64,000 nt of DNA from Gemmatimonadales bacterium (GCA_044221045.1 JBGAPX010000001.1:56608-120607); one strand, 5' to 3'; positions 20,532 to 29,830 are shown, counted from the stretch's first letter. A program made the numbers and translations. Notes: generated from the letters alone by a model not told the origin.

Positions 20532-20726
20532 GGGCTTGCGCCCGGCATTGTCCGTTCAGGCAGTCCGTGTGGCGGGATGGCAATAGGCTAGGGCGGACCT
20601 CCCCGAAGCAGGACCACCAGGACGCGCAGACCGGCAGCCGGTTCGGACCCGGGGAGAAGCGTCCGAGCTGCGGAGCTGCGCCCCATTCGCCGCAATGGAC
20701 CCGTATCAGCTTAGGCGAGGACTCCG

Positions 20727-22793
20727 CTAGAACCACTCCCCCAGCCGCACGAACATCCCGTTGCGGCCGTCGCGGGTGATGCCGTACTCCACCCGGATCT
20801 GGCCGATCGGCGTGGCGGCGCCCACGCCGACGCGTCCACCGGTCTGCCACCGGCCGCGGGGCACCGCCGGCCCGCCGGTGGCCACCTGCCCCGACACCGC
20901 CGTCACCCGCGCCGAGAGCGGCCCGAAGAGCGGCCGCTCGAACAGGAGCTCCACCGAGACCTCCCGGTCGCCGCGCCGCTCCCCGACATTGAGGCCCGGG
21001 AAGCCGTCCACGCCACCCAGCGGGAAGGTGCGCTGCACCGGCAGGTCGCGGCCCCAGCCGTAGCGCACCGTGGGCGTGAACCGGAGGCCGGCCACCGGGA
21101 AGACCCGCCGCGCCTCGACCTCCACCCGGCGATAGCGGTCGAGCAGCATCCCCTGCGCCCAGATGCCGCTGGGGCGGTAGCGCGGGCCGCTGCTCACCTG
21201 CAGCACGCCGCCCCACGCCGTCCCCTCCGGCGCGCCACCCTCCGCGTGCCAGGTGTGCACCATGCCGCCGACCTCCACCAGCCACTCCCGCCCGAAGCGC
21301 CGCTCCGCGCCCACGATGCCGCTGAGCTCCCGCACCTTGGTGGACGGCAGGCTGCCGCCCTTCTTGTTGAAGACGCGGACCTCCTCCCGCGCGATCATCC
21401 CGCCGAGCAGCGGCCGCTGCAGCAGCCGGCCGACGCCCGCGGTGCGGAAGTTGAGCGCGAGTTCCTGGCGCAGTTCGCCCAGCACCAGGGTGCCGGAGGT
21501 CTCGACGCGGGGAATGGTGGCGCCGCGGTCCACGCCGCCCACCCACATCTGCCCGCCGAGGTCGTTGTCGTACGCCACGCCGGCCACGCCCACCCGCGGC
21601 GCGGAGGTGCGCACCAGCAGGTCGAGGCGCAGCGCGTCGGCGGGACCGGTGGGCCGCAGCCAGACCTCGCGGAACTCGTCGAGCTGCGCCAGGCGCGTGA
21701 GGTAATCGCGCAGCGCCCCGACCTCGAGGTCGTCACCCTCTTTCAGGCGCAGCTGGCGGCGGATCATGGTCTCGTCGCCGGGGCGGCCGCCCGAGAGGCC
21801 GATCTCCGTGACGTGGTAGAGCGGGCTCTGCCGCGGCTCCAGTGGCGGCGCGCCGCAGAAGGTGCGGCCCTCGAGCGCGGCGCGCGCCGCCTCGTAGCCG
21901 GCGTGGCGGATCTCCCGCTGGTGCAGCTCCCCGAAATCGAGCGGCTGGTAGGAGTCCACCGCCGGCCGGATGAGCAGGTCGCCGGCGCCGAGGGAATCGA
22001 GCGGCTGGGTGAAGAGGTAGGAGACCAGCAGGTCGGCCACGACCAGCGGGTTCTCCCCCTGCACCGAGTCGGGGGGCCGCCAGCTCACGTCGCTCACGAT
22101 GAGCCGCGCCGCGCCCTGGGCCCGCGCCACGCTGATCGGCACGTTGGCGGCGAGGCCGCCGTCCACCAGCTGGCGGCCCTCGATGCGCACCGGGTCGAAC
22201 ACCAGCGGGATCGCCATGCTGGCCCGCACCGCGCGGGCCAGGTCGCCGCTCTCGAGCACCACCGCCGCGCGGGTGCGCAGGTCGGTGGCCACGGCGCGGA
22301 AGGGAATCGGCAGGGAATCGAAGCTGCCACGGGCAAAGAGATTGCCGCGGAGCAGGGCGCGATTGAGGGCGGCGTTCACGCCGGCCTCACGCGCGATGGA
22401 CTGCGCCACCCGGAAGCCGCCGGTGCCCTGCTCCCAGACCACCAGCGGGCGCCGGTCGCCCAGGGCGCGCGGGGTGCGCTGGTCGGCGTTGGTGAACAGC
22501 TCGGCCAGGCCCAGCGAGTCGGCGAGTGTCGCGATCTGGGTGGCGCTGTAGCCGCTGGCGTACATCGCGCCCACGATGGACCCCATGCTGGTGCCCACCA
22601 CGAAGTCGGGCCGCACCCCCAGGCTGTCGAGCACCCGGAGCACGCCGATGTGCGCCAGCCCCTTGGCGCCACCGCCCGACAGCACCAGCCCGAGGGGCCC
22701 CCGGTCGGTGCACTCCTGGGCGCGCAGCACGCCCGGCGCGCCCCCGGACAGGAGGGCGATCATGAAGAACACCAACGCGCTATGGCGGGCCAT
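20727..22793 (-). CDS. PlpD-like patatin phospholipase with POTRA/Omp85 beta-barrel (type Vd autotransporter architecture)
   Basis: Start at MARHSALVFFMIALLSGGAPGVLRAQE; patatin motifs GGGAKG, GTSMGS, DGG; C-terminal barrel ending VRLGEWF (terminal aromatic). Confidence 0.85.
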   Translation of the reverse strand: MARHSALVFFMIALLSGGAPGVLRAQECTDRGPLGLVLSGGGAKGLAHIGVLRVLDSLGVRPDFVVGTSMGSIVGAMYASGYSATQIATLADSLGLAELFTNADQRTPRALGDRRPLVVWEQGTGGFRVAQSIAREAGVNAALNRALLRGNLFARGSFDSLPIPFRAVATDLRTRAAVVLESGDLARAVRASMAIPLVFDPVRIEGRQLVDGGLAANVPISVARAQGAARLIVSDVSWRPPDSVQGENPLVVADLLVSYLFTQPLDSLGAGDLLIRPAVDSYQPLDFGELHQREIRHAGYEAARAALEGRTFCGAPPLEPRQSPLYHVTEIGLSGGRPGDETMIRRQLRLKEGDDLEVGALRDYLTRLAQLDEFREVWLRPTGPADALRLDLLVRTSAPRVGVAGVAYDNDLGGQMWVGGVDRGATIPRVETSGTLVLGELRQELALNFRTAGVGRLLQRPLLGGMIAREEVRVFNKKGGSLPSTKVRELSGIVGAERRFGREWLVEVGGMVHTWHAEGGAPEGTAWGGVLQVSSGPRYRPSGIWAQGMLLDRYRRVEVEARRVFPVAGLRFTPTVRYGWGRDLPVQRTFPLGGVDGFPGLNVGERRGDREVSVELLFERPLFGPLSARVTAVSGQVATGGPAVPRGRWQTGGRVGVGAATPIGQIRVEYGITRDGRNGMFVRLGEWF

Positions 22794-22917
22794 GGGGCAA
22801 ACATAATCGCCCCCTTGCGCCGGGCATCGGTGGGTCATAATACTTGGCCCTCAACGGCGTGATTCCACCCGATTCCGGCGGCCGCTGCCGGCATCACCCT
22901 GATCGAGGAGCAGCAGC

Positions 22918-23181
<264 letters not shown>

Positions 23182-23295
23182 CCGATAGGCCCCGGCCATC
23201 GGCCGATAGAGCCCGTCGACCATGCCACGACCTCCCGCTCCGGCGGGGGGTCGTTCTGCTTCCAGGGACGCGGACGGGCCTGACGGAAAGGAGAG

Positions 23296-23337
23296 ACGCC
23301 CCATTGCCGAACTGCGTTGGCCGCGGCAATGGGGCGT
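23296..23337. terminator. perfect 14-bp stem hairpin between convergent genes (bidirectional terminator candidate)
   Basis: ACGCCCCATTGCCG-N14-CGGCAATGGGGCGT; between ferredoxin (+) and thioesterase/hydrolase (-) 3' ends. Confidence 0.5.
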
Positions 23338-23418
23338 GGAGGGAAGGAATGCAGGCGGAGGTACCGGGGTAACCCCGCCACGCATATAGACGCACCGACC
23401 CCGGGAAAAGTTGCAGCG

Positions 23419-24633
23419 CTAGCCGTGCAGCCCCAGGCCGGTGAGGAAGTCGGCCAGGAGGGCGGTCGCCGCCTCGGGCCGTTCCATCGGCGTCAGGTGG
23501 CCCGCGCCCGGCACCACGGCCAGGCGGGCGCCGGGAATGGCGGTGGCCATGGCCTGGGCGCGGTCCTTGGGGGTGATCTGGTCCTGCTCGCCCACCACCA
23601 CCAGGGTGGGGGTCCGGGTCAGGAGGGGAAGGTCCTGGGTGCTGTCGGGCCGGTCGCGCAGGGCGCCGAGGGCGCCGAGGATGCCGCTGACCGGTGTGGC
23701 CTCCATCATCTTCCGGACCCGCTCCACCAGCGCCGGGTTCTCGGTGGCGGCGGTCGGCGCCAGCATCTTCGGCAGCATCGATTCGGCGATGGCGCGGGCG
23801 CCCCCCTCCCGGGCGAGCCCGGCGGCGGCGTCACGCGCCTTGCGGCCCTCCAGGGTGTCGGCCTCGGAGCGGGTGTCCATCAGCACCATCCCGCGCACCC
23901 GCTCGTGCGCCCGCCGCAGCATCTCGAACGCCACGTAGCCGCCCATCGAGAGTCCGCACAGCACCACCCGCTCCACGCCCAGCGAGTCGAGCAAGGCCAG
24001 CAGGTCCTCGGCATAGGTGGCCATGCTGTAGCCCAGGTCGGGGGCGTCCGACTGCCCCATGCCCCGGAGGTCCGGGGCGATCCGCAGCCACCCCTCGAGG
24101 TGCGCCAGCGGATAGTCCCAGATCGAGTGGTCGAGCGGGTAACCGTGGATGAAGAGCACCGCGGGCCCCTGGCCCCGCACGTCCACGGCCAGGTTCACGC
24201 CGTTGACCGCGACGCGCCGCAGGTTGCCGGCAAGCGGCTTGTCGGCCATCACCTGGGGCAGCGCCTCGGGCACCGGCACCGGCCGGCCCTGCGCGTCCAC
24301 GCACACGAACACCAGTTCCGCCGTTGCGATCAGCGCGTCGTCGCGCAGCCGCCGCCCGGTCTGGCGCAGGGTAAAGCTGGTGCGGCCCAGGTGCACCAGC
24401 ACCTGCGAGAAGCGGAGCACGTCGCCGGGAAAGGCGGGGGCGTGGTACTCGACCACCGACTTCCGCACCGCGGGCCAGGCCCCCTGGCGGGTGAAGAAGT
24501 CCATGCCGGGCCCCCGGGCCAGCGCCTCCCATCGGGCGCGCTCGAACAAGGCGATGAACGACGCCTGGTTCAGGTGCCCGTAGGCATCACACTCGTCGGG
24601 GTAGACCGTCAGGTCGATGTCGGGGGGGGCCAC
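23419..24633 (-). CDS. fusion protein: hotdog-fold acyl-CoA thioesterase (YbgC/4HBT-like) + alpha/beta hydrolase
   Basis: 404 aa; N-terminal YPDECDAYGHLNQASF.. (4HBT-like); C-terminal VLFIHGYPLD, GLSMGG nucleophile elbow, GAGHL. Confidence 0.75.
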   Translation of the reverse strand: MAPPDIDLTVYPDECDAYGHLNQASFIALFERARWEALARGPGMDFFTRQGAWPAVRKSVVEYHAPAFPGDVLRFSQVLVHLGRTSFTLRQTGRRLRDDALIATAELVFVCVDAQGRPVPVPEALPQVMADKPLAGNLRRVAVNGVNLAVDVRGQGPAVLFIHGYPLDHSIWDYPLAHLEGWLRIAPDLRGMGQSDAPDLGYSMATYAEDLLALLDSLGVERVVLCGLSMGGYVAFEMLRRAHERVRGMVLMDTRSEADTLEGRKARDAAAGLAREGGARAIAESMLPKMLAPTAATENPALVERVRKMMEATPVSGILGALGALRDRPDSTQDLPLLTRTPTLVVVGEQDQITPKDRAQAMATAIPGARLAVVPGAGHLTPMERPEAATALLADFLTGLGLHG

Positions 24634-25760
24634 AGCGACTCCGCGTAGCGGTGCGCGTCCCGCAGCACCGGGTGGTCCATCGGGGGCGCCACGAGCGTCG
24701 GGTCAAAGGTATGCCAGAAGCAGACATGCCGGAAGGAACCGGCGAGGCCCCGCACCGCGGCGCAGGCCTTGGCGCTGTAGGTGGCGTCGAGCACGACGCC
24801 CCGTTCCGCCAGGCGGGTGCGCGCCATGGCCGCCGTCGCCGTGTCGTGCCCGTAGCCGGGACCGAGCTGCGTGGCGTCGAGCCTGAGCGCGGCGGCGCCG
24901 GCCGGCGCGCCAAGCAGTGCGCGGGTGCGCGCGGCGAGGGAGAGGATGCGCCGCCGGGTGGTGAACCAGGGGTCGGTGACCCGCACCGCCACGATCGTCA
25001 CCGGCCAGCCGACCAGGTCAGCGCCCACCAGCAGGCCGGCGGCGGTGCCGCCGGAGCCGTAGGGCACGACGATCGCCTCGGGGCGGGGGAGGCCCTCCGT
25101 GCCGACCTGGGCGGCACACTCGAGCAGGGCGTTCACGCTGCCGAGCACGCCCAGCGGCGTGGCACCGCCCGGCGGCAGCCAGGCGACGGGGCCGTGACGC
25201 CGCGCCGCGACCCAGGCCCGCGCCAGCGCCGCCGGCAGGCGCCAGCGCCGCGCGGCCAGGTGCACCCCCGCGCCCGCCACCGTGGTGCCGAGCACCCCGG
25301 CCACCGCGGCCGACCAGGGCTGCGGAAAGAGCGCTACCTCCGCCCGCTGCCCGGTGCCGCCCGTGGCGGCGGCGAGCGCGGCGCACCAGGTGGAGCCGTA
25401 GCCGCCCATCGTGAGCAGCGACGGGCCCGCCGCGGGGAGCAGCCATTCGAGGGCACGCCGCTTGTTGCCACCGGCCTGGTCGTCACGCTTGACCAGGAAC
25501 GAGTCGAGGCCGCACTCCTCCGCCAGGATGGGGTGCGACTCGAGCGGCGAGGGGAGCCGCGCCAGGGGGCGGCGGGGCAGCGGCCGGCGGAGGTGGGCCT
25601 CGAGGGGGAGGGTCACCCCCGCAGGGTACCGCGGGCCGCGAGCGGGGTCCAGTGTGGCGGCGCGGGATTCGGGGGAGCGGGGGAGGCGACTAGATTGCAC
25701 CGTTGCCGTGACGCCCACTTCCACCCGATGCGCCGCCATGCGAGCTGCCCCTGAGCCCAT
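24609..25760 (-). CDS. PLP-dependent enzyme of the ACC deaminase / D-cysteine desulfhydrase family
   Basis: 383 aa ORF (start may be Met8 at 25739); FLVKRDDQAGGNKRRALEWLL with PLP lysine, GGYGSTW. Confidence 0.7.
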   Translation of the reverse strand: MGSGAARMAAHRVEVGVTATVQSSRLPRSPESRAATLDPARGPRYPAGVTLPLEAHLRRPLPRRPLARLPSPLESHPILAEECGLDSFLVKRDDQAGGNKRRALEWLLPAAGPSLLTMGGYGSTWCAALAAATGGTGQRAEVALFPQPWSAAVAGVLGTTVAGAGVHLAARRWRLPAALARAWVAARRHGPVAWLPPGGATPLGVLGSVNALLECAAQVGTEGLPRPEAIVVPYGSGGTAAGLLVGADLVGWPVTIVAVRVTDPWFTTRRRILSLAARTRALLGAPAGAAALRLDATQLGPGYGHDTATAAMARTRLAERGVVLDATYSAKACAAVRGLAGSFRHVCFWHTFDPTLVAPPMDHPVLRDAHRYAESLWPPPTST

Positions 25761-25787
25761 CCCTCACGCCCACGCCGGCGCGCGCGC

Positions 25788-26924
25788 GTGACTGACGCCG
25801 GCGCCGCGGGCGACCTCTACCTCGACACCCAGCCGGCCGTCGACGCCTTCCTCGGCGGGCTGCGCGGCATCCCGCTCCTGGCGGTGGACACCGAGGCCGC
25901 GAGCTTCCATCGCTACCGCGACCGCATCTACCTGATCCAGCTGTCCACCCGGGACCGCACCGCCGTCATCGATCCCGTGGCGGTGCCCGACCTCACGGTC
26001 CTCGGCGCCCTGCTCGCCGATCCCGCCGTCGAGACCCTCTTCCACGACGCCGACTACGACCTCCGCATCCTGCACCGCGACTACGGCTTCACCGCGCGCA
26101 ACCTGTTCGACACCCGGATCGCGGCCCAGCTGCTCAACGAACCCGGCATCGGGCTCGCCGCGCTGCTCGAGAAGTACCTCGGCGTCACCCTCGACAAGAA
26201 GTACCAGCGGGCCGACTGGTCGGTGCGCCCGCTCCTTCCCGAGATGCTGGCCTACGCCGCCGACGACACCCGCTACCTGGCGCAGCTGCGCGACATCCTC
26301 AAGGAGCAGCTCACCGGGATGGGGCGCTGGCACTGGGCGGAGGAGGAGTTCCAGCTGCTGGAGCAGGTACGCTGGAGCGTGAACGGCCCGCCGGAGGAGG
26401 CCTACCTCCGGCTCAAGGGCGCGCGGACCCTGCGCGGCCACCAGCTCGCGGTCCTGCGCGAGCTCTTTGCCTGGCGCGAGGGCGTGGCGAGCCAGCTCGA
26501 CCGGGCGCCGTTCCGGGTGCTGATGAACGACGCCATGCTCAGCATCGCCAGGGCAATGCCGGCCGACGAGACGGCGCTCAAGGAGCTCAAGGCCCTCTCG
26601 CCCGACCAGCTCCGGCGGCGGGGCGCCGACCTGCTGGGGGCGGTGGCGCGGGGCGTGACGGCGCCGGCCGACAGCATCCCGGTGTTCGAGCGGGGACGGC
26701 GGATGGCGCCGGACCTGGCCTACGAGGCGCGGCTGGAGCGGCTCAAGGCCGCCCGCAACCAGGCGGCGGAGGCACTGCCGCTGGCGCCGGGCGTGCTGTG
26801 CGCCAACGGGATCCTCGAGGCGATCGCGCGGCTGGAGCCGAAGGGGGTGCCCGACCTGGCGCAGGTGGAGGGGATGCGGCGGTGGCAGGTGGAGGTGCTG
26901 GGGAAGGCGCTGGTCGGGACCTGA
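25788..26924 (+). CDS. rnd: ribonuclease D (DEDD 3'-5' exonuclease + HRDC)
   Basis: 378 aa; LAVDTEAASFHRYRDRIYLIQLS, HDADYDLRIL, YAADDTRYL. Confidence 0.85.
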   Translation: MTDAGAAGDLYLDTQPAVDAFLGGLRGIPLLAVDTEAASFHRYRDRIYLIQLSTRDRTAVIDPVAVPDLTVLGALLADPAVETLFHDADYDLRILHRDYGFTARNLFDTRIAAQLLNEPGIGLAALLEKYLGVTLDKKYQRADWSVRPLLPEMLAYAADDTRYLAQLRDILKEQLTGMGRWHWAEEEFQLLEQVRWSVNGPPEEAYLRLKGARTLRGHQLAVLRELFAWREGVASQLDRAPFRVLMNDAMLSIARAMPADETALKELKALSPDQLRRRGADLLGAVARGVTAPADSIPVFERGRRMAPDLAYEARLERLKAARNQAAEALPLAPGVLCANGILEAIARLEPKGVPDLAQVEGMRRWQVEVLGKALVGT

Positions 26925-26957
26925 GGCGCGCGGCCGGGCGCGCCACCACCACGCCGG

Positions 26958-27257
26958 TCATCCCCCCAGGAACGCCCGGATCCGCGGGTCCATCCGTTCG
27001 GGCGTCCAGTACGGTTCCCAGACAATCTCGACGCTGACCGAGTTCACGCCCTCGAGGTCCTCGATGGCGCGCTTGACGTCGCCCACGATCTCGGGGCCGG
27101 AGGGACAGCCGGGGGAGGTGAGCGTCATGTTGACGTGCACGTCGCCGGCCTCGCTCACGGTGATGTCGTAGATCAGGCCGATGTCGACCACGTTGAGGTT
27201 GAGCTCCGGGTCCTTGACCCCGCGGAGCGCCTTCCGGACCGTTTCTGGTGTCTGCAT
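26958..27257 (-). CDS. sufT: DUF59/MIP18-family Fe-S assembly factor (SufT-like)
   Basis: 99 aa; VKDPELNLNVVDIGLIY, TLTSPGCPSGP. Confidence 0.85.
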   Translation of the reverse strand: MQTPETVRKALRGVKDPELNLNVVDIGLIYDITVSEAGDVHVNMTLTSPGCPSGPEIVGDVKRAIEDLEGVNSVSVEIVWEPYWTPERMDPRIRAFLGG

Positions 27258-27304
27258 GCTGCCTCCCGCCTCAATCCTAGTGCGGTGGTCGGGAAGGGGC
27301 TACG

Positions 27305-27751
27305 GGTTGGGGGATTGGGCGGTTAGGCGGGTAGGCGGTTGGGAGGTACTGAGGGCCTTTGGGAGCGGCGCAGCCGCGACCCGGGCCCGAGGGAGAGGGC
27401 GATTAGGCGCGACTCCCGGCCCCGGGAGCGTAGCGGCCGCGACCCGGGCCCGCGGGAGAGGGCGATTGGGCGCGACCGCCCCGGGGAGCGGCGGAGCTCC
27501 TGATCAGTCTCGCGGGAGTCTCTTGGGGCGCCTCCCGGGCGCTGAATATCCACTCCGGAGCAACGAACCGCCCAACCGCCGAACCGTCGGCGCACGCACT
27601 CGCGGAAAATCCGCCGGCGCGGCGAATCGGCCGCGGAGGCCCCGGGAAAAGCCGCGCGGCTCCTCTGGCGGGAGTCCCTGGGGGCGTTCCCGGGGTGCTG
27701 AAAACATTCCCGGAGGCCCGAACCGCCCAACCGACGAACCGCCCAACCGTC
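27305..27751. repeat. complex non-coding repeat region: octamer array + 2.3 tandem copies of a 60-63-nt core unit + two ~80-nt direct repeats ending in CCGCCCAA units
   Basis: (GGTTGGGG GATTGGGC GGTTAGGC GGGTAGGC GGTTGGGA) 27305-27344; GGGAGCG..GCGACCCGGGCCCG.GGGAGAGGGCGATT.GGCG at 27361, 27424, 27484; GGGAGTC.CT.GGGGCG..CCCGGG.GCTGAA..A...CCGGAG...GAACCGCCCAACCG at 27511-27587 and 27667-27751. Confidence 0.9.
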
Positions 27752-27780
27752 TGACGACCCGAAATTTCCGCCGGACAGCG

Positions 27781-28935
27781 TTACGGCGCCGCGGAACGGG
27801 CGAGCGCGTCGGCGAGGGCCCCGCGGACGCCGCGCAGGGCGCGGATGGAATTCCCGACCCGCGGTGCGTAGCTCCGGTTGGTGAGGAACACGACGAAGAG
27901 GTCGCGGGCGGGATCCGCCCAGAGCAGGGTGCCGGTCCAGCCGGTGTGGCCGAAGGCGGCGTCGGAGAGTTCGGAACCGTAGGCGGAGTCGCAGGGCCTG
28001 GGGCAGGGCTCGCCGGCGCCGTTGGCGCGGTGGGGCGGACGCTCCCAGCCGAGGAGGCGCGTGGCGCCGGCGCCGGCGGGGGAGAGGAAGAGCCGCGCGG
28101 TGGCGGGCGAGAGGATCCGCACCCCCTCCAGTTCTCCTTCACCCAGCCAGAGCCGGAGGTAGCGCGCCAGGTCCGCACCCGTCCCGAACAGCCCCGCGTG
28201 CCCCGCCGCGCCCCCGAAGCGTGCCGCGTTCTGGTCGTTGACGGTGCAGCAGACCGGCCGCCCGCGGTACTGTCCCGTCGGCGCCGTCCGTTCCCGGGCC
28301 GCCGCCGGCACCCCGTAGCCGGTGTGCATCATCCCCGCCGGGCCGAGCACCGCCCGGGGCACGTAGCGCCCCAGCGGCTCGCCGCTCACCGTCTCCACCA
28401 GCAGGCCGAGCAGCAGGAAGTTGAGGTCGCTGTATTCCACCGCGGCGCCGGGCGCGCGGCGGAGCGGGGTACGGTAGAGCAGGGCAATGGCGCTGTCGCG
28501 GCCCTGGGTGAGGCGGAAGAACTCCACGTAGGCGGGGAGGCCGGAGGTGTGGTCGAGGAGCATGCGGACGGTGACCCGCCCCTTGGCCCCGCCGGCAAAC
28601 CGCGGCAGGTAGCGCTCCACCGGCGCGTCGAGCGCCACCGTTCCCTCCTCCACCAGCCGCGCCACCGCCGGCATCGTCCCCACCACCTTGGTGAGGCTGG
28701 CCAGGTCGTAGCGGGTAGAGTCGGGATCGGGCACCGGCGACGCCGCGGACCAGGTGAGGTGGCCGTAGCCCTTCTGGTAGCGGATGCCGGCGCGGCCGCC
28801 CACCACGAGCACGGCGCCCGGATAGATGCCACGGCGGATGCCGGACTCGACGATCGAATCCGCCACCCGGTACTGCTGCGCCCCGAGCGCCGCCGGCAGC
28901 AGCGCCGCCGCCACCAGCCTCCTCCACCGCAACAT
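27781..28935 (-). CDS. serine hydrolase, beta-lactamase/transpeptidase-like (class C-like), secreted
   Basis: Start at MLRWRRLVAAALLPAALGAQQ inside ORF 27781..29064; SxxK motif ASLTKVV; the N-terminal GGSAARRLGGSATRRLG of the long ORF is translated octamer array. Confidence 0.8.
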   Translation of the reverse strand: MLRWRRLVAAALLPAALGAQQYRVADSIVESGIRRGIYPGAVLVVGGRAGIRYQKGYGHLTWSAASPVPDPDSTRYDLASLTKVVGTMPAVARLVEEGTVALDAPVERYLPRFAGGAKGRVTVRMLLDHTSGLPAYVEFFRLTQGRDSAIALLYRTPLRRAPGAAVEYSDLNFLLLGLLVETVSGEPLGRYVPRAVLGPAGMMHTGYGVPAAARERTAPTGQYRGRPVCCTVNDQNAARFGGAAGHAGLFGTGADLARYLRLWLGEGELEGVRILSPATARLFLSPAGAGATRLLGWERPPHRANGAGEPCPRPCDSAYGSELSDAAFGHTGWTGTLLWADPARDLFVVFLTNRSYAPRVGNSIRALRGVRGALADALARSAAP

Positions 28936-28950
28936 GCACCCTCCCTTCAC

Positions 28951-29054
28951 GCCGAGCCGCCGAGCCGCCGAGTCGCCGAGCCGCCGAGCCGCCGAGTCGC
29001 CGAGTCGCCGAGTCGCCGAGCCGCCGAGCCGCCGAGCCGCCGAGCCGCCGAGCT
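28951..29054. repeat. octamer array (GCCGAGYC)x13
   Basis: 13 contiguous 8-nt units (9x GCCGAGCC/GCCGAGCT, 4x GCCGAGTC); last unit ends on the TGA of the matrixin gene; followed by one CCGCCCAA unit. Confidence 0.95.
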
Positions 29055-29830
29055 CACCGCCCAATGAACCCCGTCGGCAGCTCGTACAGGAGCCGCAGCG
29101 AGAACCGGTCCCGGTCGCTCAGGGCCAGCGCCGTGGCGATCGGGTACATCACGTCGTCGGCGCGACTCGAGTGCGGCAGGCCCAGGGCATGCCCGATCTC
29201 GTGCAGCGCCACGGCGCGGCGGCTCTCCGGCGGCAGCGGCCGCCCCGACGACGGGGAGCGGGTCACCAGCGTGAGCACGGTGCGGCGGATCCGGCCCCCG
29301 CGGTCCCAGGTGACGTCGGTGACCCCGGCGCGGTCGGCCTCGAGGGTGTCGGCCCACTGGATGAGGAAGTCGGCCTGGCTGCTGTCGTCCTCCGCCAGCC
29401 AGCGGAGCCCCACCGCGGCGGGGTTCCAGGCGTCGAGGGCCCAGCGCACGTCATTCACCATCTCGGGGAGGAAGCCGCTGGCGCCCCCGGGGACGATGGC
29501 CACCCGGATCACGTGCATGCCCCCGGGCCAGTGCCGCACGATCGAATCGGTCTCGGAGAAGAGCGAGTCGAGGAAGTGCCGTTCCACCTGGGCCTGGAGC
29601 TGGGTGCGGACGCCGACCCGGGAGAGGGAGTCGAGCGGGACGATGCCGGGCAGCTCGAGCGGCGGCCCGGCCCGGTGATCGCGCGCGGGGTCGAGGGTGA
29701 GGTCGGCCCGCGCGGCCGGGGCGGGGGGCGTGCCGGCCGCCGCGCCCGCCGGGCGCGGGGCCTGGAGCCGCTCCCAGACGGCGAGGCCCACCAGGGTGAG
29801 CAGGATCAGCAGCAGCAGGCGGCGGAGCAT
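29054..29830 (-). CDS. matrixin-like zinc metalloprotease (M10 family), membrane-anchored/secreted
   Basis: Start at MLRRLLLLILLTLVGLAVW inside ORF 29054..30007; HEIGHALGLPHS zincin motif. Confidence 0.8.
   Translation of the reverse strand: MLRRLLLLILLTLVGLAVWERLQAPRPAGAAAGTPPAPAARADLTLDPARDHRAGPPLELPGIVPLDSLSRVGVRTQLQAQVERHFLDSLFSETDSIVRHWPGGMHVIRVAIVPGGASGFLPEMVNDVRWALDAWNPAAVGLRWLAEDDSSQADFLIQWADTLEADRAGVTDVTWDRGGRIRRTVLTLVTRSPSSGRPLPPESRRAVALHEIGHALGLPHSSRADDVMYPIATALALSDRDRFSLRLLYELPTGFIGR

Noticed and set aside
18450-20726. Low-GC island as an integrated mobile element or prophage remnant
   Set aside because: No integrase, transposase, tRNA attachment site or flanking direct repeats could be found. 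Toxin-tip displacement at an RHS locus explains the GC drop.
28951-29054. Possible CRISPR array
   Set aside because: The units are 7-8 nt and contiguous, with no spacers and no cas genes. That is incompatible with CRISPR architecture.
27181-29067. 628-aa ORF (and ORF 46301..48469) containing striking PPSRRAAEPPSRRAAE / PPNRLTAQPPNR peptide repeats
   Set aside because: The repeats are simply octamer arrays translated in a non-genic frame. The ORFs run antisense to well-supported genes (beta-lactamase-like, arginase).
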